From: an uncultured Candidatus Saccharibacteria bacterium
Lineage (GTDB): Bacteria > Patescibacteriota > Minisyncoccia > Phycocordibacterales > UBA2100
Assembly (NCBI GenBank): GCA_964545165.1
Contig: CAZJEQ010000003.1
Span: 52,990-116,989, forward strand
Direction of reading: 5' to 3'
Length of the DNA stretch: 64,000 nucleotides
Positions 49,141-57,412 of this stretch are shown here, in pieces. The notes under the pieces are model-generated. The model searched no databases and had not been told where the DNA came from. It saw only the letters and a list, made by a program, of their open reading frames with translations. Made by a program: the position numbers and the translations under genes. Each line of letters starts with the position of its first letter. Positions within the stretch are counted from its first letter, which is position 1.

Positions 49141-50419
49141 CTGCGATCTGCTCAGCGACTTTGTAGATATCGCCCGCACCCATGAAGAGGACGAGATCAT
49201 TTGCTCCGGTCGAGGTAAGAATTTCAGTGCGAATGGTGTCGAAATTCGGGAGTGCGACGACGTTTTGGTTCACCCGCTCAATCGCGACCGCAAGCTTCTG
49301 ACTCGAAATCTCGGTCGTGTTCTCTTCTCGTGCCGCATAGATCGGTGCGAGAATGACGCGATCCGCCATCGAGAGCGCCCCGACGAATCCCGCAAATAGG
49401 TCACGCGTGCGTGAATAGAGGTGCGGATGAAAGACCACGACGATGTTCTTCTCGGGGAAACGCTCGCGCGCCGCCACAATCGTCTTCTCGATGGCTGTCG
49501 GGTGATGCGCGTAGTCATCGTAGACCTGCGCACCCTGCAGTGTCTCACCTTTGTATTCAAATCGACGCCACGAGCCCTTGAAATCAATCAACGCTTTGTC
49601 AGTAAATTCTTCTTGCAGGTGGGGAAAGGCGGCACGCGCGGTGGCCTTGGCGGCACGTGCATTCATGCGATTGAATTCACCGATCTGTGCGAGCTCTGGC
49701 ACGGTCTGCGTCGTGTAGTCGATGATCGGCGCTGTGGCATCTCCCAATACCGCCGCGATAACCGGATCATACGGATTGGTCACGATGCAGCCATGCGCCG
49801 GGACCGACTCGGCGGCTTTTTTAAATGTCTCCTGGAGCGCCTCAAGATTCGGGAAGTAATCAGTGTGATCGAGCTCGATATTCGTGATCACGAGAATTTC
49901 TGGCGAGAGCTTCAAGAGGTGATCGCGATATTCGCACGCTTCGACGACGAGCAGATCCTCGCGGCCTGCCAAGAAATTCGAGCCGAAATCGCGCACGATG
50001 GAACCGACGATTGCCGTGGGACGCTTCTCGGCATAGTCGAGAATCTTGGCGAGCATCGCGGTCGTCGTGGTCTTACCGTGCGTTCCTGCCACCGCAATGG
50101 TGCGCATCGTCCGCGAGACCTCTCCGAGCGCTTCAAAATATGAGAGTTGTGGGATATCAAGCTCACCAGCGCGTACGCGTTCGGGATTCGTACTCGGTAC
50201 CGAATCGCTATAAATCACGAGTTCAATTTCCGCAGAGAGGAGCGCTTGCTCATGCCCGATAGTCACGACCGCGCCTTTCTCGGCCACGAGCTGCGTCGTA
50301 GGACTCTCATCGCGATCAGATCCGCTGACGATCTTGCCCTGCGTAATGAGCAGTTGCGCGAGTGCCGACATCCCAATGCCGCCAATCCCGACCATATGTA
50401 CGCGATTCGGTATCGTCAT
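49136..50419 (-). CDS. murC: UDP-N-acetylmuramate--L-alanine ligase
   Basis: MTIPNRVHMVGIGGIGMSALAQLL... is the MurC N-terminus. Start set at internal M11. Confidence 0.9.
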   Translation of the reverse strand: MTIPNRVHMVGIGGIGMSALAQLLITQGKIVSGSDRDESPTTQLVAEKGAVVTIGHEQALLSAEIELVIYSDSVPSTNPERVRAGELDIPQLSYFEALGEVSRTMRTIAVAGTHGKTTTTAMLAKILDYAEKRPTAIVGSIVRDFGSNFLAGREDLLVVEACEYRDHLLKLSPEILVITNIELDHTDYFPNLEALQETFKKAAESVPAHGCIVTNPYDPVIAAVLGDATAPIIDYTTQTVPELAQIGEFNRMNARAAKATARAAFPHLQEEFTDKALIDFKGSWRRFEYKGETLQGAQVYDDYAHHPTAIEKTIVAARERFPEKNIVVVFHPHLYSRTRDLFAGFVGALSMADRVILAPIYAAREENTTEISSQKLAVAIERVNQNVVALPNFDTIRTEILTSTGANDLVLFMGAGDIYKVAEQIAD

Positions 50420-50756
50420 GAAGCGAGCATACCATCTCGTGCAATACATTCGCTACTTCACGCAAACGCGATACACTGAAGCTGTGAAGAAAGCGCCAAC
50501 AAAAGCAAAATTCAATTTCGAGCAGCTGAAAACGACAGCGACACACCTCGACATTCGCGTGCGCATGAAGGCATTTACGGAATATTTCGATATGTTTGAG
50601 GAATTCCCCTCATATCTCTACGACAATAGCTCAGGCATCGATGAGACATTACTGAGCACGGTTGAGAAGCTCCGAGAAAATCCCGACACCAGTAAGCAAA
50701 TGAAAATCGGCATCGAGCTTCTGCTCAATCGCCTTCCTTCCGCGCAGATGCGCTAG
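50418..50756 (+). CDS. Hypothetical small protein (112 aa; an alternative start at 50565 gives 63 aa)
   Basis: It fills a 337-nt gap between murC and gnd and has a protein-like composition. No clear SD. Confidence 0.3.
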   Translation: MKRAYHLVQYIRYFTQTRYTEAVKKAPTKAKFNFEQLKTTATHLDIRVRMKAFTEYFDMFEEFPSYLYDNSSGIDETLLSTVEKLRENPDTSKQMKIGIELLLNRLPSAQMR

Positions 50757-51668
50757 TTACCTCACTTTGTGGCCGCCAAATTGGCCGCGCAGCGCTGAGA
50801 CGACTTTACCAACAAAGCTCGGATTGTTTTCTGAATCGATGCGAAATTGGTACGAATCTTCAATCACCGGCGCCGGTACGTTAAATTCTTTTGCTGTCTT
50901 GACCGTCCATTCGCCTTCTCCCGTGTGCCCGATGGTACTAGAAATATCCGCGAGATCCTGACCACTCTCCTTGATCGCCGATCCTGCCCATCCAACAAGT
51001 CGCGATTCGATGACGCTACCGTTGTTGTAGATCTCGGCAACATCCTCGAGATTGATCGCAAAAGGGGATGCTTTGAGCACGCCAAATCCTTCGGCAAGGG
51101 CCTGCATCATGCCGTATTCGATACCGTTATGAACCATCTTAACGAAATGCCCCGCGCCCGCGCCCGGGAAGAATTTGTATGCCGTGCCGTCTTTGGCCAG
51201 ATCCTGGAAAAGTGGCTCGAATGCTTTGAATGCACTCTCGTCACCACCGACCATGAGGCACGCGCCGTTGAGTGCGCCACCGGGGCCGCCGGAGAACCCG
51301 ACATCTATAAAGCGAATACCTTTTTCGGCGAGCTGCTTTCCATGCTCGATCGATTCTTTGTAAAACGAGTTGCCGCCGTCCATCACCACGTCGCCCGGCT
51401 GCAAAATACTCGCGAGCTGTCTGAGGACATCTTCAACCGGCTTGCCCGCAGGGACCATCAGCCACACGAGACGCGGGGTATCACTCCCTGCGATCTCCGC
51501 AATGCTCGTGATCTGCTTCATGCCGGTCTCCATGGCCAATGCAGCGGTGACCTCCGCATTCATATCCATGCCTGCTACCGACCACCCTTTCTGCGTAAGA
51601 CGGCGGACAATGTTGGCACCCATCTTGCCAAGGCCGAGTATATTGAGCTCTTTTTTCATGTCAGTCAC
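50757..51668 (-). CDS. gnd: 6-phosphogluconate dehydrogenase, short (~300 aa) form
   Basis: LNILGLGKMGANIVRRL NAD-binding N-terminus plus the 6PGD fold. Confidence 0.8.
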   Translation of the reverse strand: MTDMKKELNILGLGKMGANIVRRLTQKGWSVAGMDMNAEVTAALAMETGMKQITSIAEIAGSDTPRLVWLMVPAGKPVEDVLRQLASILQPGDVVMDGGNSFYKESIEHGKQLAEKGIRFIDVGFSGGPGGALNGACLMVGGDESAFKAFEPLFQDLAKDGTAYKFFPGAGAGHFVKMVHNGIEYGMMQALAEGFGVLKASPFAINLEDVAEIYNNGSVIESRLVGWAGSAIKESGQDLADISSTIGHTGEGEWTVKTAKEFNVPAPVIEDSYQFRIDSENNPSFVGKVVSALRGQFGGHKVR

Positions 51669-53103
51669 TGATATCTGATTGTTCTAAAATTTCTTTCGTA
51701 TCAGGAGTGTACACCATGAGCGGCACGACATTCTGTTGCCAGGCTGCAAGGATCGGATCAGTAAAGCGCCACATCGCACGCACCTCCGCGGTCGAGATAA
51801 AGAGCGTCTGGTCGCCGCGCACACCATCGAGCAGCAGCTTCGCGTACTCCTCGACATACGCAACCTTCGCCTGCGGCTCGCGGAGCAGATAGTGAAATTC
51901 ACGACGCTCCGTCGCAAACGAGAAGCCCGGCGTCTTGGACCAGAATTCGATGAGAATCTCTTCGCGCGGCTCCAATCTGATTACGACCTCGTTTTTATGA
52001 TGCGGCTCCTCTGGTGGGCAGAGGCACGGCTGCGGATGACGGAACACAATACGGATTTCCTTTTGCGCGCTGCCAAGACGTTTCCCACCCTCCATCGTAA
52101 TCGGGACGCCGCGCCAATTCGGATGATCGAGGTAGGTGCGTACCTTAAAGAATGTCTCCGTCTCAGAATCCGGCTTCACACCATCAATCGCACGGTATCC
52201 CTCATACTGGGCGCGCACGGTCGAGCGCTCGATTTCTTTCTCGGACAAAGAGGGGAGGCACGCCAGGATCTCCGCTCGGCGCTCCTGAATAGCCGCCGCG
52301 TCAAAGCTCTCTGGGTGGCGCATCGTAAGCAGCGCGAGGATCTGCAGGAAGTGATTTTGTCCGACATCACGAAATGCGCCGACGTCGTCATAAAAGGCGC
52401 CGCGCTTCTCCACACCGATTTCCTCCAGCATGCTGATTTTGATGGATTCGATGAGCTTCGAGCCCCACTGCATCTCGAAGAGATTGTTGGCAAAGCGGAA
52501 GGTGAGTATGTTTTGCAACATTTCCTTGGCGAGGTAATGATCGATGCGATAGATCTGGTCCTCAGAAAAATACTGCGCGAGCAAGAGATCCAGCTCACGC
52601 GCTGTATCGGTATCCACACCAAAGGGCTTTTCCACCATCACGCGCATCCAGCCGCCGCCCGGCCCACACGGCTCCGAGAGACGCGAAGAGGAGAGTTGCT
52701 TAAAGATCGTTTCGTAAAATTCGGGTGCAACCGAGAGATAGAAGAGCTTGTTCGAGCAGACACCCCATTCCTGATCGAGCGTATCAAAGGTCGACTTCAA
52801 CGCCGCGTAACTCTCAGACTCGTCGAAGTCACCGCGCTGGAAGCGGAAAATCTTGAGAAAAGAGGCGAGTTCGTGCTTGGTAAATTTCTTGTTGCGGTGC
52901 TCGCTAATAGTCGTGACGATAAAATCTGCAAAAGTCTCATCCGTCAGATCACGGCGCGAGAATCCCACCACATGGAACATGGAGGGGAGTTCGTCCTTCT
53001 CGTATAAATAGTAGAGCGCGGGAATGACCTTGCGACGCATCAAATCTCCCGTCGCTCCAAACGCCACCAGAATCGTCGGAATATTCTCATGTGGCGCGAC
53101 CAT
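51661..53103 (-). CDS. zwf: Glucose-6-phosphate 1-dehydrogenase
   Basis: ILVAFGATGDLMRRKVIPALY and RIDHYLAKEMLQN motifs. Start set at internal M66. TATAAT lies 8-13 nt upstream of that ATG. Confidence 0.9.
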   Translation of the reverse strand: MVAPHENIPTILVAFGATGDLMRRKVIPALYYLYEKDELPSMFHVVGFSRRDLTDETFADFIVTTISEHRNKKFTKHELASFLKIFRFQRGDFDESESYAALKSTFDTLDQEWGVCSNKLFYLSVAPEFYETIFKQLSSSRLSEPCGPGGGWMRVMVEKPFGVDTDTARELDLLLAQYFSEDQIYRIDHYLAKEMLQNILTFRFANNLFEMQWGSKLIESIKISMLEEIGVEKRGAFYDDVGAFRDVGQNHFLQILALLTMRHPESFDAAAIQERRAEILACLPSLSEKEIERSTVRAQYEGYRAIDGVKPDSETETFFKVRTYLDHPNWRGVPITMEGGKRLGSAQKEIRIVFRHPQPCLCPPEEPHHKNEVVIRLEPREEILIEFWSKTPGFSFATERREFHYLLREPQAKVAYVEEYAKLLLDGVRGDQTLFISTAEVRAMWRFTDPILAAWQQNVVPLMVYTPDTKEILEQSDISD

Positions 53104-53214
53104 AGCGCTCGCATTATACCCGCCGGATACTGATAAGTTTGACTTCCCCCCTACCCTGTTCTCCGTTGAGTTATCCACAGGTCCGAGATCACACCCGAGA
53201 GCCATAATGATGAC

Positions 53215-53400
53215 CGCGTTCGAACACTCGTAGGTGGAAAGTGAATCAGGGTGCAATTCCCTGGCTGTCGCGCAACCGTATAGTCGGAGCCTTTCCATTC
53301 CCCTCTTTCAAGGGCTACGTTCCGGCTCGCGCCAAGTCACCTTCCACAACTCCCCTTGTGGATCCTCATGACCCCGCGATCCGGGGTTTGTCGCGTATGT
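53215..53400 (+). ncRNA. Candidate cobalamin (AdoCbl) riboswitch
   Basis: The core 53234-53291, GGUGGAAAGUGAAUCAGGGUGCAAUUCCCUGGCUGUCGCGCAACCGUAUAGUCGGAGCC, aligns by eye to the recalled E. coli btuB segment AGGGAAUCCAGUGCGAAUCUGGAGCUGACGCGCAGCGGUAAGG and to the T. tengcongensis GGGUGAGAAUCCCGCGCAGCCCCCGCUACUGUGAGG. A 6-bp hairpin ACCCCG-CGAUC-CGGGGU plus UUGU follows at 53371-53390, just before the ATG. Not verified with a covariance model. Confidence 0.4.
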
Positions 53401-53401
53401 C

Positions 53402-55414
53402 ATGCAGGAAGTTGCAGAACAACCAATTGATTACGTATCCGAAAATAGTGTCGGCGATTTTGATTTTGAGCGCCCATTTGAAATTGCTAATGAAAACGAG
53501 ATGCAGCTGTCCGACGAGGAGGTCTCTCCCGAGCTACTCGCCGCGAACGACATCGATCCAGTGGGAGAAGCGATACGCCCGTATGTAGGTGAACAATCGG
53601 AGACGGTAACGAGAGCAGAAAATATAATGGAGATAAAAGATGGCGAACTAGTGGATAACAACAGCGGGCTATCTCTCACGCGAATGCTTGAAACATCTGG
53701 AAGCGATGCGGACAGGGCGCTGCACCAAGACATGATGCGGCAATGGCAAGAGGGCGGCAGCAATTTTTTTGTAAATCCGATATTGGAACCTGAATACTTT
53801 CCCGGCGGAGAGCGCTATTTCATTACAACGATGATCCTTGAAGCTGACGGCAAGAGTGTCAGTTATGAGACGCGCACTATTACTACTCTGTACAAGGACG
53901 AGGACGAGACGCCAGCGCGTGATAACGAATACGCGGAGTCCAGCTCTCAGCAATGGTCTGAACACACAGGGTCTCAGGAAATCGAGGCGAATTACCCGCA
54001 GAATGAACTCGCATATATGGAGCAGGCGGCAGCAGTTACGGTTGAAGAACCAGAGTCTGCCGATACCGAAGCAGCCATTACTACTACCGCACGAGAAAAC
54101 ACTCAATCTCAGCTTGAAGCAAACGTACCGACTACGATGGAGGTTCGTACAGAATCTGAAAAATCTATTGAATATTCGTACGCAGAAATTGCGCATCCAC
54201 GAGAAATACAGGCGCAGATATTAGGAGAATTCCTCGCCATGGAACAATTGCCTGCCATACCAGTAGAAGACGATTTTAATGAGCCAATTATCTTGAAGGC
54301 ACCTGAGCCAGCACAAGACATCCTGAACGAGGCACAGCGCGTTGAGCACTCAGAAACAAATCGGGCTCCTGTTGAAATCCCCACAAACAATGTTCCGAGA
54401 TTTGTAGAAACTCAAACCAGTGAAGTCATATTTGAACAAGCCGAAATTGTCCAAGAGCTCGCTGAGCAACCAGAAGTAACCGTACAGATTAAGACCGAGG
54501 TTCCTCGCACTAAACCTGCTGCTACCAGAGAAGTGCAGAGGATCGACGTACAGGACGCAGAGCTTCCGACATATGATTTTAAAGATGCGATTGATGAGAT
54601 CAGAGAAGTGACCTCAGTGGTTATAGAACAACAAGAGAAGCCCGTTGTGAAAGAGATTACGGAGCTTAAGCCAGAAGTAAAAACTGTCGAGCCACAAATT
54701 GTAGAAATCTTTAGAGGTCGCCGTGGTGCGCGACCAACGACTGAATCGGGATCATCAAGATCAAATCACGAGGAGCGGGCAGAGGAGCTGCGTACTGAGC
54801 CACAATCAATCGCCGAGCGAGCTGTCGAGCAGACACTTGAGCGATTCGCCGCTGAAATGATTCGCGCACGTCCCACGCAACAAGAAGATGCACACCGAGA
54901 GCCGTTCGTTGAGCTAAATGTACGTGCAGCTAATGAACATGATCTGGTCGTTGAAGCTGATGAGCAGGCACTGACCACACGTGAGCACGTACGAGTCGCA
55001 GAGAAAGTTGCGCCAATAATCCTTGAACAAAAGCCGACCATTTCATCAGAAACTCGTCTTCCCGATATTCCAGAAACACGTACTGATGAATCTCTACACA
55101 TCCCAGAGGAGCCTGCCGCTCAACCACATGTGACTGCTGAAGCCGCTCCTCAACGCACAGCGCATGAATCAGGCACTGTTGTTCCCTTCCCTGACCTCGC
55201 TCGCCCTGAGACAAGAGCAGCCTCTGGCATTGAACATATTCTTGAGCAGCTCCGCCTTCCCCGCTCCGCGAACACTCCTGAAGTGATCCGTGCTGCCAAC
55301 GAGAACCTCCGCACGAGCGCATCAAGTAATCTCGCTATGTCCGACGATGCCGACAATCAACCACGTACGCGCACCGTCAAATCTGGTCCGATCACGATGA
55401 GAATTGCCGCCTAA
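53402..55414 (+). CDS. 670-aa highly acidic (Glu/Gln/Asp/Thr/Ala-rich), low-complexity, probably disordered protein
   Basis: A long ORF on the plus strand. The Glu-rich composition is unlike the Arg/Ala/Pro-rich spurious ORFs in this window. No signal peptide, TM helix or recognisable domain. Confidence 0.5.
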   Translation: MQEVAEQPIDYVSENSVGDFDFERPFEIANENEMQLSDEEVSPELLAANDIDPVGEAIRPYVGEQSETVTRAENIMEIKDGELVDNNSGLSLTRMLETSGSDADRALHQDMMRQWQEGGSNFFVNPILEPEYFPGGERYFITTMILEADGKSVSYETRTITTLYKDEDETPARDNEYAESSSQQWSEHTGSQEIEANYPQNELAYMEQAAAVTVEEPESADTEAAITTTARENTQSQLEANVPTTMEVRTESEKSIEYSYAEIAHPREIQAQILGEFLAMEQLPAIPVEDDFNEPIILKAPEPAQDILNEAQRVEHSETNRAPVEIPTNNVPRFVETQTSEVIFEQAEIVQELAEQPEVTVQIKTEVPRTKPAATREVQRIDVQDAELPTYDFKDAIDEIREVTSVVIEQQEKPVVKEITELKPEVKTVEPQIVEIFRGRRGARPTTESGSSRSNHEERAEELRTEPQSIAERAVEQTLERFAAEMIRARPTQQEDAHREPFVELNVRAANEHDLVVEADEQALTTREHVRVAEKVAPIILEQKPTISSETRLPDIPETRTDESLHIPEEPAAQPHVTAEAAPQRTAHESGTVVPFPDLARPETRAASGIEHILEQLRLPRSANTPEVIRAANENLRTSASSNLAMSDDADNQPRTRTVKSGPITMRIAA

Positions 55415-55418
55415 ATAA

Positions 55419-57086
55419 ATGCGTATGTCCGACAAGAAAATCCCCTACTACAATCTCCGCCAAGAAGCCGAAGCAGGCAGACTTCCGATGCTTATCGGTC
55501 GCTTTGAAGAAATCGAGCGCCTGGATCGCATTGTGAATCGTCGCGTGAATAATAATGTCGCCATCGTGGCGCAGAGTGGCACGGGCAAGACAGCGCTCGT
55601 CTGGGGCTGGATGCGACACCTCACCTCACGAGAAGAATTCGCCGCACTCGAATTACTACAATTCGACACTGAGCACCTCTACGCGCTTGATGACGATCCG
55701 GCGCTCGAGGAGCGGTACATCGAAGCGCTCTTACACCTCCCGCAGTGCGTGCTCTTTATCGACGATTTCGGCCGTGAAGTCTCGCGCAACAGCGTGCTGA
55801 TGCAGCGGATCTTCCGCATCTACAAACGCATCCTCAAAGAAGCGCACATCCACATCGTACTCGCGATGACACCGCAAGAGCACGAGTGGTTTGAGCGCGA
55901 ATTCGCGGCATTCCTCCACCTCTTTGAGGTCGTTACGCTGAAGGAGCAGACTGCTCAAGAGCACGTACGCATCTTGAGCCGCACGATTCCCCAGCTCAAC
56001 AAAAAACATCGCATGATCGTGCCTGATTCGTCACTGCGCGAAGTCGTGGCATTCACCGAGCGCTTCCCGGCGCTCGGGCAGATGCCGAAAGCCGCGATCC
56101 GCATCCTCGATGAGAGTATTTCCTACAGTGCCTCCAAGCATCGCAAAGTATTGCGCCAAGACGCTATCGCGCATGTGATCGAAGCGAAAACGGGAGTGCC
56201 CAAATCCCGCCTCAATGCCGATGAGCTCGCTGATATCAAACATCTCGAGACCTCACTCAATGCCCGCGTGCGCGGCCAGGGCGATGCCATTGCACGGATT
56301 GCCAAGACGCTGCAGCGTGCAAAGCTCGGCCTCCGCAATCCCGATCGACCACTCGGCTCCTTCCTTCTCCTGGGTCCCTCCGGCGTCGGCAAGACCGAAA
56401 CCGCAAAGAGCGTCGCAGATCTTATCTTCGGCCGCTCCGAGAGCTTTGTGCGCTTCGATATGTCCGAATTCCAGCAAGACCATACGGTGCAACGACTCAT
56501 CGGCGCCCCCGCCGGATACGTGGGCTTCGAAGAAGGCGGTGCGCTCACCAATCAGCTGCGCAAAGAGCCGCACTCGCTGGTCCTCCTCGACGAAATCGAA
56601 AAAGCGCATCCCAAGGTCTTCGATATTTTCCTCCAGGTACTCGACGACGGCCGCCTTACCTCAGGACAGAACGAGACCGTCGATGCGCGCAACGCAATTG
56701 TGATGGCCACCTCAAATGCTGCGGTCCCAGAAATTCTTGACGTGTTTGCACATACTGACGGGCAGGTCGACGAAACGTTTATGCAAGAAAAAGTAATGCC
56801 GGCGCTCGCCAAGACCTTCCGTCTGGAATTTATTAATCGTTTCGATGCGATCCTCGTTTTCAAGCCACTCTCGGTATCAGGCCTCATCGAAATCGCGCAG
56901 CTGGAGATCAAGAAGATCGAGAAGCGTCTCGAGCGACACGGCGTGCAATTCGATTTTGTGCCCGCAGAGATAGAAGCAAAAATCGCGACACTTGCTGATC
57001 CACGTTTTGGTGCTCGTCCAGTGAAACGCTACATCGAAGAGACCTGCGAGACATTACTCGCCGACACCTTACTCGCCTCACGATAA
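55419..57086 (+). CDS. Compact ClpA/ClpB/ClpC-family AAA+ ATPase (two AAA modules, no N-domain or M-domain; D1 Walker B degenerate)
   Basis: D1: IGRFEEIERLDRIVNRRVNNNVAIVAQSGTGKTALV, with Walker B VLFIDDFG (DD in place of DE). D2: LLLGPSGVGKTETAKSVA...LVLLDEIEKAH...DGRLTSGQNETVDARNAIVMATSNA. Confidence 0.8.
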   Translation: MRMSDKKIPYYNLRQEAEAGRLPMLIGRFEEIERLDRIVNRRVNNNVAIVAQSGTGKTALVWGWMRHLTSREEFAALELLQFDTEHLYALDDDPALEERYIEALLHLPQCVLFIDDFGREVSRNSVLMQRIFRIYKRILKEAHIHIVLAMTPQEHEWFEREFAAFLHLFEVVTLKEQTAQEHVRILSRTIPQLNKKHRMIVPDSSLREVVAFTERFPALGQMPKAAIRILDESISYSASKHRKVLRQDAIAHVIEAKTGVPKSRLNADELADIKHLETSLNARVRGQGDAIARIAKTLQRAKLGLRNPDRPLGSFLLLGPSGVGKTETAKSVADLIFGRSESFVRFDMSEFQQDHTVQRLIGAPAGYVGFEEGGALTNQLRKEPHSLVLLDEIEKAHPKVFDIFLQVLDDGRLTSGQNETVDARNAIVMATSNAAVPEILDVFAHTDGQVDETFMQEKVMPALAKTFRLEFINRFDAILVFKPLSVSGLIEIAQLEIKKIEKRLERHGVQFDFVPAEIEAKIATLADPRFGARPVKRYIEETCETLLADTLLASR

Positions 57087-57090
57087 ACCT

Positions 57091-57408
57091 ATGCACACAC
57101 GCGAAACACTTCCATCCCGCGAGCATTTCACCAACACTGCGGCGCCAGCGACGCAGGAAAAGGCACGTGTCTCACTCGCGCATGCCGACGAGATCCATGC
57201 GAGCCGCCGCACCATGCTCGAGGGTCTTGCCTCGAAAATCGGCTCACGCCTCTTCGAGGCCCTCTCGCGCAAAGTCGACCACGAACGCAGCGCCCTCGTC
57301 GAGATGATCGAGCGCGATGCGAAAGCCGCTGAGACCAAGCGCCGACTCGATAAGGTGCTCAAAACTGAATACTTTACGTACCGAAAACTTGATACCAATT
57401 TACTGTAA
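57091..57408 (+). CDS. Small alpha-helical hypothetical protein (105 aa)
   Basis: It starts 4 nt after the clp-like stop and ends 4 nt before the next start. Confidence 0.5.
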   Translation: MHTRETLPSREHFTNTAAPATQEKARVSLAHADEIHASRRTMLEGLASKIGSRLFEALSRKVDHERSALVEMIERDAKAAETKRRLDKVLKTEYFTYRKLDTNLL

Positions 57409-57412
57409 TCCT

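Noticed and set aside
51736-53007. 423-aa plus-strand ORF
   Set aside because: Antisense to zwf, which has unmistakable G6PD motifs. Composition is Arg/Leu/Ala-rich.
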